DNA of 62,943 nucleotides, filler included, from Cirrosporium novae-zelandiae (GCA_026023565.1; 5 parts of 5 records of this genome joined end to end with filler, not necessarily neighbours in it); one strand, 5' to 3'. Positions 27,296 to 40,220 are shown, counted from the whole stretch's first letter. The notes: generated from the letters alone by a model not told the origin. Program-made: numbers and translations.

Positions 27296-29090
27296 GAATG
27301 GAAAGATGGAAGAAGGGGGAAGGGGGAAGGGGGGTGCAGCTGGCAGCAGGCAATAAACACCTTAGCCTTCTATACATACATTCAAATACAGATACAGATA
27401 CAAGAAACCCTAATAGATAATTACTTAGGTACCCAGGTACGTACTTCTCATAACCCACCCATAACCCGACCCGACCTAACCCGATAGTCACACATACACA
27501 CGCCGCATGTATGTATATGTATGCATATATGCATAGAATAGCCATAGCCATCCACGTAACCAACCCCCCACTTCACGCCCTGTAAACACCACCACCTCTA
27601 GAATCCCTACCGCGTCCCTGTTACTCAACAGCGCCCTTGTCTACCCATTCATGCATCTACAAAGCACTGCCACCATCACCTACCTATCTACCTACTCTGC
27701 CTACTCCAGAAATTAATTAATTAAATTCCTTCAAGGGGTTTAAAAGAGAAAAAGAAAAAGATGAGGGAAACAAGGGTAGGGGAATAAGGGGTAAGAATGG
27801 GGTGTGGGGGGATGGGAATGGTTAGAAAGTAATTGGAAAGGGTAATTAGAGTGTGGGTGAGTGAGTGAGTGAGTGAGTGAGGGCTGAGGATTGGGGGTTG
27901 ATGGATTGATGATGGATGGTGAGTAACCACCTAACCCTTCCTTTTATCTTTTATGCTACTACTACTACTACTAGTGAATTTCGGGTTATATGTTTAAAAG
28001 GTAGCATTAATTTATAAGTTTCTGTTTTTTTTTGGTGAAAGACTCTTTTTTGTATATACTGTATAGTAAGTACATGTGCATGTAAAAAATTGAGGGGCGC
28101 GGGTTAACTCTAGGGTAGGTATCTAGGTAATCAGGGCTTTTGGTGGTTGGTCTTGTCCCTTCTTGTTCCCCTTCTTAATTACCTAAGTAGTTTACCCAAT
28201 ACTTTTGAGAAGACCTTTCTTTCTTTCAGCCCTCATCTCGTTTCCAACAACTTCTCCCCCATCAGCTAGGCTCTCCGGATCCGACACCCTAGACAAGCAG
28301 ACAGGCAGGCAGGACAGGACGGTCCTTCATGGCTTTTTATGGTCTTTTGTATTTTGCCTACCTGGTACAAGATGTGTCCTACGGTCTTCACATGTTTACT
28401 ATAGATAGGACCCAGACTAGATAGACCTCGTTATAAAAAAGAAAGAAGAAGAAAAGAAAAAAAAGGGGGGAGGGGGAGGGTCGTAGTTGTAGCTGTGGTA
28501 AGGTAAGATAAGGCAAGGGTGTAATGTGTGTGGGCTAGGAGAGACTGTATTGATTGATATTGATAGAAGTGATGATTGGGATTGGGGATTGGTAATAGTA
28601 GATGTAGATGCAGATGCGGTTGATGAGTAATAGAATTACGGGAATAGGAATAGGAATAGGAATAGGAATAGGAATACTATCATATTGTTATTATTAGGAC
28701 TTTGGAGGTAAGGAGTGCGTAGGTGAGGATTTTGTATAGATATGGATACAAACTATGCATGTAAAACGACGGTGATGCTATGGAAGAGTAGTAGTAGCAG
28801 TGAGTAGAGTTGTTTTGCGAGGGGGGAAGATTAGAAGGGTTGAGCTATATAAATATATAGATAGATAGGGAAACGTGGCCATTCTAATCGAAGGGGACAG
28901 GGAGAGTTTTGGGGCTTTAATTTTCTTTCTTTCTATGGAATACTCGGCAGATTTCTTTGGGAAATAGAAATGGGGATAGGGACTTTCTGACTGTTCCTTT
29001 GTTACCTAGCCATTCGCCTCTTAATTAACTCTACTTACAATGCTATGGTTTTAAAGTTCCAAAGTACTCTTAACCCTTCCCCCCCCCGCT

Positions 29091-30893
29091 TTAGTATTTG
29101 CATTGTCGAAGTTGTTCTACAATCCTCTCTTGCACTTCAAGCGATGCTTCATCGTCGCTCATGTCTCCAACATTAAAACAGAGTTGAACAACTTGGAGAA
29201 ACGTATCACCCATGTGAAAAGCTACATCTTGCATCAATCCCAGACTCCCATCATCATCTATTTTCATCAGCTCTTCAAGATTTGTCGGATTGATTTTAGG
29301 TAGTGTAGGCTGAGAAGCAAAAGATTTTTGGTCGAGAAGAAGGGATGCATATCGCATTAAGATGTTATCTAACCTGTCCCATAGAGCTAGTTCCAGGAAT
29401 ATGCATCCTAGACCGTACAAGTCGAATGCTTTTCTAAACAATTCTCTCGTCTGCCCGCGGGCTTGCGGGTGACGATATATATCTATTTTGGCACTCGAAT
29501 AAGGATCTTCCGTCATCTCTTCCGCGCCATCTGCTCTCGTGTATTCGTAGCCTATTAGAAATGGTTGTTTTGAAGGGAAGGTTGTCCAATCATCCTCTTT
29601 GGGGATTACGAAAAGGACATTTTCTGATCGAATGCCTTTATGGAGCCAGCCAGAGGTATGAAGTTGAAGAAGGGTTTCGGCGAGGGAGAGCGCAATGTGA
29701 ACCCTTTTGTCGAGGGAAGGTTTTCCCGACAGCATTAACGCGTTCAGGAGATTTTTGACAGCTATGGAATTGATGCTGTTATCAACTGGCCCTGATAAAG
29801 ATGAATATAGCGGAGTAACAGAACGAGAGAACGGCGGAAGCTCAAAGACAATTGCATAGCGTTCCAACCTATCATGTACAATATACCCCATGCAAGGCAG
29901 CGAATGGTAGGAAATAGCTGGTGCGTTGGATAGCAGCAGGACGAGTCCTGATACACGCGACTCTAAAAGGCGTTTATGATCTCTTGGAACAACCTTCCAT
30001 TCCACCAGAACAAGTTTCGATTTGTACTGTGCAATTTCTCGTCCCCTGCAGTCGGATGAAGGTCTTTCTTGAACCAGTAATGAATATCGCATCTTTATAA
30101 CCTTCCGGTTGACACCCTGCATCTGAGTATTTGGACCTGACTTCTTCTCATCGGACCTTCGATCCACCCCGAGTAGAAGTCTAATCTGTTTAAGACTTGC
30201 GGCAGAGGTCACGGTATCTGCATCGTGGACGGAATTGCCATCGAGCAGCTGCTTCACAGTTTCGAGCTGAGAGTTATCGGTACTGTGAGAAATAATTTCG
30301 CGTAGTAGAACTGTAAGGGCGGACTTGACAAAATCCTGATCAACGGAGTCAAGGAGGCCTTCGAGAGAGGTATTTATTTCCGCCAGACCATTGAGAATTG
30401 TCGCCGCCTGCGATTTTCCCAATGTCGCCCATTGTAATCTCTTCAGAGGGCCGTTGCTGGCCTGGATGATGCGGGCTGATTGGAGATAGACGTGGGGTTT
30501 AAGCTTGGAAAGAAGCTTCCGAAGACTGGAGCCATCCCCGCTAGCCGGCGGTTCCTTTCCACCCTTTCCACTCTCCACCCCGACATTAAGATTGTACTTT
30601 TCCTTGACTCTCCGTGAAGATGTCAAGAGAGCTTCCTGCTGTTGCAAAAGATCTCTAATGAGGCTCCAATTAAGTCGAGAATCCGGATACGTCTCATGGT
30701 CTAGTTTTGCCTTTCTAGCCCACTCCATCAAGCGATACTCTTCCACTTGCAACTTGGCTCGAATATTGTCCGCATCTGGCCCAAGATGTTGAGCTATTTG
30801 GGCAAATTCGTATGCCTGTATGCATACTCGAAACGATTGAACAGCCACTGCTATGACCCCCCCGATGGCGGACGTGGCATCTATTTCAATCAT
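29091..30893 (-). CDS. HeLo (prion-inhibition) domain + protein kinase-like (pseudokinase) protein
   Basis: N-terminal hydrophobic helix IGGVIAVAVQSFRVCIQAY, HeLo motifs KLQVEEYRLMEWA and RLQWATLGK...LAEINTSLEGLL. Kinase fold has degenerate motifs VLVEWK, WLHKGIRSENVLF, IGYEY, DIYRHP and DLYGLGCIFLELALW. Single exon. Confidence 0.85.
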   Translation of the reverse strand: MIEIDATSAIGGVIAVAVQSFRVCIQAYEFAQIAQHLGPDADNIRAKLQVEEYRLMEWARKAKLDHETYPDSRLNWSLIRDLLQQQEALLTSSRRVKEKYNLNVGVESGKGGKEPPASGDGSSLRKLLSKLKPHVYLQSARIIQASNGPLKRLQWATLGKSQAATILNGLAEINTSLEGLLDSVDQDFVKSALTVLLREIISHSTDNSQLETVKQLLDGNSVHDADTVTSAASLKQIRLLLGVDRRSDEKKSGPNTQMQGVNRKVIKMRYSLLVQERPSSDCRGREIAQYKSKLVLVEWKVVPRDHKRLLESRVSGLVLLLSNAPAISYHSLPCMGYIVHDRLERYAIVFELPPFSRSVTPLYSSLSGPVDNSINSIAVKNLLNALMLSGKPSLDKRVHIALSLAETLLQLHTSGWLHKGIRSENVLFVIPKEDDWTTFPSKQPFLIGYEYTRADGAEEMTEDPYSSAKIDIYRHPQARGQTRELFRKAFDLYGLGCIFLELALWDRLDNILMRYASLLLDQKSFASQPTLPKINPTNLEELMKIDDDGSLGLMQDVAFHMGDTFLQVVQLCFNVGDMSDDEASLEVQERIVEQLRQCKY

Positions 30894-31600
30894 CTTGGCT
30901 CTTGATCAATCACGAAAGCTGCTTTGTCTAGCATGGAAACCCGACAACAAGATAATGGACATCTCCAACAGCTTGTCGTGCGAAAGGCGGATTTATCCAT
31001 AATTTGGTGATCGATGAGGCTGCAGTAGTGCCTTCAGGAGAATGTTTGATTATTCGCTGGCACAAATGGGAGAAAAAGTGACTTACAAATCCCATTTCTT
31101 ATTTTACAATTATTTCAACCTTTCTATTATAATCAGTGATATCATAATAGTCTACGATCAATCTATTATTCTTTTTGATTTTTCTTAATTAATTATACTT
31201 GTGTTGGTTGTGTTTATATGTGGATTAATACATTGTAACATCGTTCAATGCAAGTTGGCGAGCAGGAACCAGTTTGTGAGTCTCGCTTTTTCTGTCACAT
31301 GCATGGCTGGTCATTATCGAGGCTGCATATGATGATCCTTGGCTGGCTTGCATCCTTTATACGATAGGTTAAGGCAGATCAAGGCGCCCTTCTGGCATAA
31401 GGCTATGTCTATCTGAAGCTGATAAGGCTATGAGAGATTTGGTTATAAGATGTTATTGAGTCCATCGAGTACTCTGGATTTACCTCATCCTGGGCTTCAC
31501 TTTTTAGGTCCATCGAATATTGTTCTCGAATCGATCTACTCCAACTCTTACGGTTCCGCTCTTGGACTGACCTTCTCGAGCCTTTACCAGATATATATCA

Positions 31601-34600
31601 ATGTTTCGGCTTTTACCGTTACTCTCGTGGTTCACAGGGAGCCGTCCGGTACAAAACCGGGGCTTCATACCTCAAGATGTAATTGACGAGGAACTGGATA
31701 AATACTGCAAAATTCAACACGATGAGGACGGCCGACCACTCCCCATTTCCGAAGTTGACTTTCAGCATATAACCGAATTATTGAGGAACCTTGAGGCTTA
31801 TGCTCATATATCAGGATGGAGTCGGAGACCACGAACTTATACAGTCCTCCGAAACATCAGGTGCCTTGATTTATTTCCATATTTCATTAATCACAATCTA
31901 TCAGATTACTCGTTGCCATATACGACAGAAACCCTTCCCCCAGAAGTGGCAGATGAGGCTAAGAGAGAAATGTTTTTACGAGTGCAAGAGGCAGTTTTGA
32001 CTCCTACCAAAGAGCTTGAAGCAGGCCCGGAAGGACGTCATGTACGCTTTCTAGGAAGTGCTGACGATTTCTTTCATGTCAGGCGGCCACTAGGTGAAGG
32101 GGCTTTCAGGTATGATTAATACACTTTAGCATCTTCATTCTCATTAATTTGACAAAATTATATTCTAACTGTTATTTTTTTTAGCTATGTTGAAGAGGTC
32201 TCAAGTAAGCTCAGCCTTAAGCTGTATGCTCGGAAGAGCTACAGGCGTGGTCGGGACACCTTACGAAATAGACGTCGACATCAAGCATTCGAAGAGGAAT
32301 TTTTAATGTTGAGGAGATTCTCCCACCACCATCGTCACCTAGTCAAGTTTATCGGCTCTTACACAGACAAAAGTTACATTGCATTTTTAATGCTACCCGT
32401 AGCTGATGGGAACCTGATGGAATTTCTCATGCGCCCTGACGATCCCCGGGATGATCGACTCTCCAGGCTGAGGAGCTTTTATGGCTGTATCTCAAATGCC
32501 TTAAACTACCTACATACGGTAGCCCTTATCAGACATAGGGACCTTAAGCCGGAGAATATCCTAATCAAAGACAACAAAATCTATCTCACAGATTTTGGAG
32601 CCGCCCTTGATTGGTCGGCCAGTGGGCATAGTGTGACTCAGGATCCATTCTCGGCACGAACCGAGAGGTATATGGCCCCCGAGGTTGCCAATAATCAAAT
32701 AAAGTCCTCCGCAACAGACATGTGGTGTTTGGGGGTAGTATTCCTTGAAATGACTACTGTTTTGCGAGGACGAACAATTGAAGAGATGAGGAGATATCTG
32801 GATAACAAATTTGTATTCTCAGATCTTCCTACCGCTCATAAATGGTTGGGAATTCTCAGGAAAAGTAAGATAGGATCAGCCACCGACAATGAACCGTTGA
32901 TCTGGATCAAGGATCTTATCCAGGAAGCGCCAGAAAAACGCCCCAACGCAAATTCACTCTGGATGCAGATTATGGTGTCTTCTTATTCCAAGCAGTTCTG
33001 TGGTGCGTGCTGTCATGATGACTATCGTGAAAACATGGCAAGCCAAGATACAACAATATATTCCCATACCGAAGTCGCTACATTCAAAAGGGATGTAGAT
33101 GACTTTGAGACGATTCGGTCATCCAACCTTGTTCCAGGAAATGGCATTATTCAACCTGGACGAAAACAAACAATCCTTGATTGGATGCGTGATAGCATCC
33201 AGCCACATCCAGAAGCATCTCGCACCCCTTCACCTTCACCAATCGTAAGAGACTTTAGATCTAGCCCGTCCGGCGACCACTGGCCACCTACTACAACATC
33301 TCGTTCTTACATGATGCCTGGTTCCTTTCCCGAGTTTTCCGATGACGAAGGTGACCATACCGATCATTACAATGCTGACCCAGTCTTTGCGTATGAGGAA
33401 GAACCTGAGGAAGAAGACGGGGAAGAAGAAGCTGGGGGTCTAGGCTATGAAGTGTATGAGGATAGTTCGGAATCAGAACTTACAGCTCGTCCTGATCCTG
33501 CAACCTCGTTTCAAAGCCTACCAAGGACAGACTTGACCGGATCCGTAAATCCTGCGGAGGATCCAATCCAGAGATCGAATCCATATCGAACTACCGTTAC
33601 CTCTGAAGATACACAAAATGCACAAGAGATACTTGAAAGACTGAATATGATTGACGGCGATGATTCCGATGACGCAGCCACAGAAAAACCTATTTCAAGC
33701 CATCTTGCCTACACTCAGGAGGTCCCTGCTGCAACACTATATCAACCCAACCAATTTATAATTGTTAGACCTCCAAGCCAAAATATATCCAGCGCTAGTC
33801 GTAACGAAGTAGCAAGCATGCAATTCCCTAGGCCACCCCAAATGCATGCTCTTACCAGTACACACATACCACCTCATCCATATGTGGAATCGCATGGTGT
33901 AGTACAATCCGAAAAACTGCCGGAACTGCAATCATCCCTAGGTGAGCCCGAACAGTGGGAAAATCCTTGGATCGACCAAGTTGTGGGGCAAGAGCAAGTC
34001 ATAGCCCCACCGCCTATAAGGTTCCCTCAACCATCGATAGCCGAATTTATCCCGGAACAAGTACAGCCAAATCAGTTCCTTGAGATACCGGGCATAAGAT
34101 ATAACCAACAGGCAGAAACAAACGAACCGGCCATAACCAACGGCAGCCAGGTTACCGAGACATCCCAGATAGCACATAATGACGATCAATCCCGCAATGC
34201 AGGCAGCCAAGTATCCAACAGAGTGGCAGGAGATGTATCCAAAGGAAAAGGGACCAAGCAAGTTGAAATCCGACGTGTCAAGTTTAGCGACGGCGTCAAC
34301 AATGAGCAAAAAGCCAGTGGTGCCCAGAATAACGATCCCATGACAAAAGAACCTAAGCGTTCTATTCTCTCCAATACGGGCAAACAAAGTATCAATGATA
34401 GCTTGGCCCACGGCATGTCCAAGCAAGAGGGAAAATCGGGAGTCAACCAGTACAACCATGCTAATACAAAGTATAAGATCCCTATCACCCAAGAGCGCAA
34501 GGAGGTTAATGAAAGCTGGGCATCCAAGGTCGATGAGAGCGAAACCAAGAAAGCTTCAGATGAAAGGCCATACGTTCCTTCTTCAAATCGTCTAACCGAG

Positions 34601-35782
34601 GCCAATCTAAAGGCTAGTAGCTCTAAAATATCGGCTCACGAGCTCGCAGAGACTAATAAAAGCCGAGTATCCAAAGTCGATAAGAATGAAACTAAGAAAG
34701 CTTCAGATACAAAACCAGAAGTTCCTTCTTCTTCAAGTCGTCTTACCGAGGCTAATCTAAAGGTCAGCGGCCCTAAAACGCCGACCAAAATGACAGCCAG
34801 TGTTTATATGAAGAACGTTTTCGAGGCTTCCTCCACCATTGCAACGTCTGTAATGTCCGAGAACACCGCCAAGCTGTTCAAGCAAAAAGGAGCACTGCTG
34901 AAATGGTTTGACCAGGATTATCATTACCTGGAACACTACTGCAAGGCCGGTAAAGCTGCAGCTGTACAATATCTACTAGAAATTGGCTGCAATCCAGGAA
35001 CAGAAAAGAAACGCCGGCCAAAACCATTGATCTATGCTATAAAAGGAGGTACCAGACGACATACCAAATGTGTAAGACAGCTCTTGGAACATGGGGCAAA
35101 TGTCAACATCTCTTTATCAGGGAAAACTGCTCTTCACTACGCTATCGAATTAAAAAATTTCAAAGGGTTCAATAAGTTGCTTCTGAACCTCTTGAACCAT
35201 AACGCAAATCCTAATATACCAGATAATAACGGAGACTACCCTCTTCTTAAAGTTCTCTATGGGTCCTATGAACCTCTTCAAGAACACGAACACGATATGC
35301 TAGCTTTGCTCTTACAGTCAAAATTCGAAACCAATGTCAATATCTCTCCACGTGGAACATTAAATATGCCATTGCACCTTGCAATTCGACGGACCGATCC
35401 ACTCGCTGTTGGAATGTTGTTGGCAAAAGGAGCAAAAGTCAATGAGCCTAATGCATCTGGAACAAAGCCACTTGCATTGGCGGCTCTTGCCTGGAAGGCG
35501 CCAGTCACGGCCCAAAAGATTGAAATCCTCGAACTTCTTCTCGAATCTAAAGCAAATGTGCATGATTTGTCCGGTCCATCGAAACGCACCCCCTTGCACC
35601 TAGCAGTTTTATGGGGCTCCCTTCAGGCTGTTGAGCTTCTATTGCACCATGGAGCGAACCCTAATATGGAAGATAACGATGGAAACGACCCTATTAATCT
35701 AGCGGAAAGCCATCACTTTGATGATATAACAAGGGTCCTTTTAAGGCATAGGGATGTTTTACGAGCCAAGTCTTCTCAATGA
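31601..35782 (+). CDS. Ser/Thr protein kinase with long low-complexity linker and C-terminal ankyrin repeats
   Basis: Intron 32110-32184 joins LGEGAFS/YV (Gly loop) to YARK, HRDLKPEN, TDFG, YMAPE and DMWCLG. Ankyrin repeats include GKTALHYAI, NMPLHLAI and RTPLHLAV...LLLHHGANPN. Confidence 0.9.
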
Positions 35783-36414
35783 GTTGTTGATTTTCTCTTG
35801 CTTAAGGTTTCTTCTATGATGACTATTCATTTCATCGTTCGTATGCTGCCTTTAGGTTATAGTGGACATTAAGGTTTCTTCTATAAGGCTTGAATCTAGG
35901 TGTATAACTACATGGTGTTAAGGCAACGTGTAAACCAGGCAGCGTGGTTAAGGATGACTATTCCAAGGAACCAAGGTAACTCTATATAGTAATGATAATT
36001 CACTGTTTTATGTCTTACATGCTGCTTAAAAGCTATGGCGGACAATACTCTACATAGTAATATTAATGGAATAATAATAGTAAAGAAATAAAAATCACAT
36101 GTAAGAACGCAAGAGGTGATGATAGCTTAAGTGTGTGCCCGTAAGTATAACCTGAATTGTTCCATCACATCACCCTCTAACTATATTATCAAAAAAAAAC
36201 CTCGGGTAGACTTCAAACCCCCCTTTCCTCTAACCCTCCCCTCTTCAACCCTCTCCAACCATAACCATCGCCCCTATTACAGATGCTGCACCGTGTTTGC
36301 TATATATATATATATCAACTTCATTAGAACATTAGAATGAAAAATAATAACAATCTATTCATCTTACAAAGACACGAAACTATTACAATCAAGTATGTAC
36401 TCGTCTTTGTATAT

Positions 36415-36451
<37 letters not shown>

Positions 36452-38104
36452 GAATATATATATTTCAAACTCTTGAACTAGTTACTTTAATTCTTAATCA
36501 CTCACCCCCCCTCCCTCAACCACTCGATCAAATAAAACACCCCCCCCCCTTACCCTAAAGCAAAAAGAGGAGAAAAAAAGAAAAAGAAAGAAAGAATCGA
36601 CCAATTAATAATCTACCATGATGTATAAAAATCACATCTATCAAATCCATTTTTTTTTTCTTAGGATTTTCTTTTTCATCGGGTATTATTAACTTTAACT
36701 TTATGAAAACTATGTATAGAACTAAGGGGGGAGGATCTTCCTTCCTTCTCCTTCCCCCTTTTTTTTTTTTGGTCAAGTTTATAAACTTATGTACATATAT
36801 ATATCTTCATAATCAATTACTCAACCCCATTAAATATAACCCCGATAACCCCCCCCCTCCCCCCTATGCCCGTGCTAGTAGTGCCAATAGGTAACGACAG
36901 TAAGTAAACTCGTATGGAATATTATATATATATATATTGTATTTCTTTGTTGTTATTTTTTTAGGGTCGGGGGGAGGGGGGTGGTATTGAAGTGTAGAAG
37001 TGTGGAAGTGCGTAGAAACAGAGTGAAAAAGAGATGGAAAGGAGAGGGATGGTTAACTAATTACCTAACTAACCCTAAGTAACATCCGATAATGATAATT
37101 GTGATGGTGATAGTGATGATAATGATGATGGCCAATGCCTTTGAGACTGACTGACTGACTGCCCAGGCACCATATGTTATACATATACCTAATTTGACTG
37201 GGTTTGACTAATTTGCAATTAGACTAAAGCAGTATTTCTTACAAACCCACCCACACACAACCTTGTGTATATATAACTTGTATAACTAATTACCAATATT
37301 TTACCTATCCATCTATCCCACCACCGCGCCCAAAAAGAGAGAGAGAGAAAAAAAAAAAAGAAAATTTGGTATTGAAATCCGAGAGGTTAGATCTATTTCT
37401 ATTTCTATTTCTCTCTTTCTTTCTTTCTCTCCTCTCTCATTTCTAGCTCTGGTAAGGCTGTCCCTTGACTTTAACTCGTCATGCTACCATTTGGTACTAT
37501 ACATTTGTTTGTGGAAGAAAGAGGATTTTATTTTATTTTTTTATCTACCCTTTTGGTTTATTAGGTTCGGGGATTAGCTCTGGGGTTTTCTTTGATTGAG
37601 ATGGGAGGGATGGGAGTGTTGTCAGAATGGATGATGATAAGAAATAGATAGGAATAAGATGTAGTGTGAGGGACGTTCTGTTTTTTTGTGTGTGTGTGTG
37701 TGTGTGTTTGGTTCCTAGGGTATTGCTCATCGAAATAACTAGCCAATAACCCAACAAGCAACGTCTATTCCCCCTCTAGTATTATAAAGAGATGGAGATG
37801 GAGAAGGGAGGTGGTGGGGAGCTAATAAATTTGGGGATTTATCTTTGATTGAGATGGTTTGGGGTGGGAGGGATAGAGGGAAATAGGGTTTAGTGTGTGT
37901 GGAGGACTTTTGTGTTTGGTTCCTGGTTCCTGGTTTCTGGTGAATTAAGAATTAAGTACCTAGGTAATTAACTAACTGATCATTCGTTCATTTTCATCCA
38001 ACATCCAAACCATTCATATTCATCCATTTATTCATCCGCCTCCCCCTCTCTTGAACCCCCCCTCTCACCCTCTCACCCCTCTTGGCCCTTCAAACCCATC
38101 AAAA

Positions 38105-38747
38105 TCAAACCGCCTCCAAAGCCAACAAAACCCTAGTACAACTATCCGGAAACACCAAATCCGTATCCTCCCCCACCGGATCAACCAGATAAAACAACTG
38201 CGGCGTAGACGCATGCCACCAATCGCAAACGAGCCAGCCGCCATATGGTTCGGGTGGATTTAGATATTTCGTGCTGTCATCAGTGGTAGAGGAGAGGGTC
38301 ATACCCGCGGTTCCGGGACTGAATGTTAGGATTGAGACGGGTTGCCATGCTATTTATTTTGTTAGTTAGGGGAATATATAAACATGGAATAAACATACAA
38401 GTATAGAACGTCTGAATCTCCAAATTCATTCCCCATTGGTACTCCCCAATCTCAAACTGCCAATAAGTCTCATTAATCAAAGACCCCGCGACACCATGGT
38501 CAGACGACAAAGTGGCATCGCTTTCGCCGGCGCCGGTGTGGTAGCTGGAGACGTAGAGATTATCGTGCGGGGAGGTGTCGCAGTATGTGTTTGCGGTGCA
38601 GGAGGTCAGGAGGGTGGTTTTTAGGTAGGAGAGGGATGTGCTGTTGGTGGTGGTGGTGCGGGGGTTGACGGGGAGGGCGGAGGTGGAGGTGAGGAGGAGG
38701 GTTAGGATGGTGAGGAGGGAGGTGGTGGGTGGGGATGGGATATGCAT
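38105..38747 (-). CDS. Small secreted protein of unknown function (2 exons)
   Basis: Signal peptide MHIPSPPTTSLLTILTLLLTSTSA; YVSSYHTGAGESDATL motif. Intron GTATGT...CTAAC...TAG (~38350-38398) joins to ...GGWLVCDWWHASTPQLFY...CTRVLLALEAV*. Confidence 0.78.
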
Positions 38748-39437
38748 GGTCGATGGGTTTTGGTTGGGTGTTGGGTGTTTGTTTGTTTGTTTGTCCGTTT
38801 GTCCGTTTATCCGCCTGTCTGTCTTTCTTTCAGCGTAAAGAATATTTATTATTATTCTTAACGACAAGAACAAAACATGAACATGATGGGGATGTCAACA
38901 ATACCTACCTACCTAGCTATATATATACTTCCAACCATGCACTATGCACCGTGCCCCTTTGCCTCAAACTTACACATACTCTACACACATGTAGCTACAC
39001 GAACCGGAACCCACAAAATACGAACAAACAGGTTCCCATCACCTCACTATGATTCCCCCATAGCTACTTAGGTAGCTAGCTCCCCCAAGTCCGATGATCC
39101 GCACGTTTACCAGCCCCCCCCCCGGGCCCCCCGCCCCAACTTTATTCGTTTACCTTGATTTTGAAGAAGCTGTACATCTCCAAGAGCGAATCAAATCCCT
39201 CCAGCAAGCAAGGTAAAAAAAAATACACATACACAATCCTTCAGAGGTTTGTTATATTTTTTTTTTCATTCCATTCCTTTCTTCCCCAAGTTTTACTTTA
39301 TTTTATTTTATTTTCTCATAGCTATTGAATTGAATCATTGTTGGGCTCCTACGGGAGCCTCGGCAAAAAATGGGCTATGGCCAATGGCCAAGAGCCAAGA
39401 AGTCTAGGCTAGAACTAATTAATTAGTAGATATATCG

Positions 39438-39468
<31 letters not shown>

Positions 39469-39568
39469 NNNNNNNNNNNNNNNNNNNNNNNNNNNNNNNN
39501 NNNNNNNNNNNNTTAATTAATTAANNNNNNNNNNNNNNNNNNNNNNNNNNNNNNNNNNNNNNNNNNNN
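39469..39568. other. Assembly gap with artificial linker
   Basis: 44 N + TTAATTAATTAA + 44 N, preceded by a poly-C run. Confidence 0.97.
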
Positions 39569-40002
39569 CAAAACAATTTTGAGAAGAAAGAAAGATTATA
39601 AATTTGAAAAATAACCAGAAATTTACTAGGAAATTATGAGAATAAAAATAACCGGCCATTCATGAGGGTAGTTAAATTCTGATGGTCGCCAAAAAGTGAG
39701 GGCATATATTAATGGTGGTCGAGATTCAATGGTCATGCTGGAGCTTTTGACGCTGTTTCGGCGCCTTGACACTGAAGACTTTCGCGCGCTAACATCCACC
39801 AATTCTCAATTCACCCACCATCCGATTCGCCTATTATCAAATAGGATTAAATCTATGATATCATAGGCGGTGTTATTTTTAATCGCTACCGGCGTTTAAA
39901 ATAATTATTCTTTATCCAACTTGTTGTAGAGTACAGCCATCCGAGAACCCAGAAATAGATGAAATGCGCATCGGCCCTCTACCAGAAATACTGCTATCTT
40001 GA

Positions 40003-40220
40003 AACTAATTCTCCGGAATGACACCAAGCACACCAAAAGCTTTTCCGAACTCATATCACATACCAGTTCGGCCTATTAAGTAGAGTAGAAATTCAGTATT
40101 CGCCAAATACAAGGATAAGTATACTAAAAACTGTGAAGTTTGCCGTTCAAAACTCACTAAGCGGTCAAAGTCAGTTATCTTTTTTATCCAAACATATTAT
40201 TTTATTAACTCCGGATTACT
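40003..40220 (+). repeat. Dispersed repeat copy (partner at ~48262-48485)
   Basis: AGTTCGGCCTATTAA...ATTCAGTATTCGCCAA.TACAAGGATAAG...GAAGTTT.CCGT.CAAAACTCACTAAGC...TTATCCAA...AACTCCG is shared by both sites. Confidence 0.8.
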
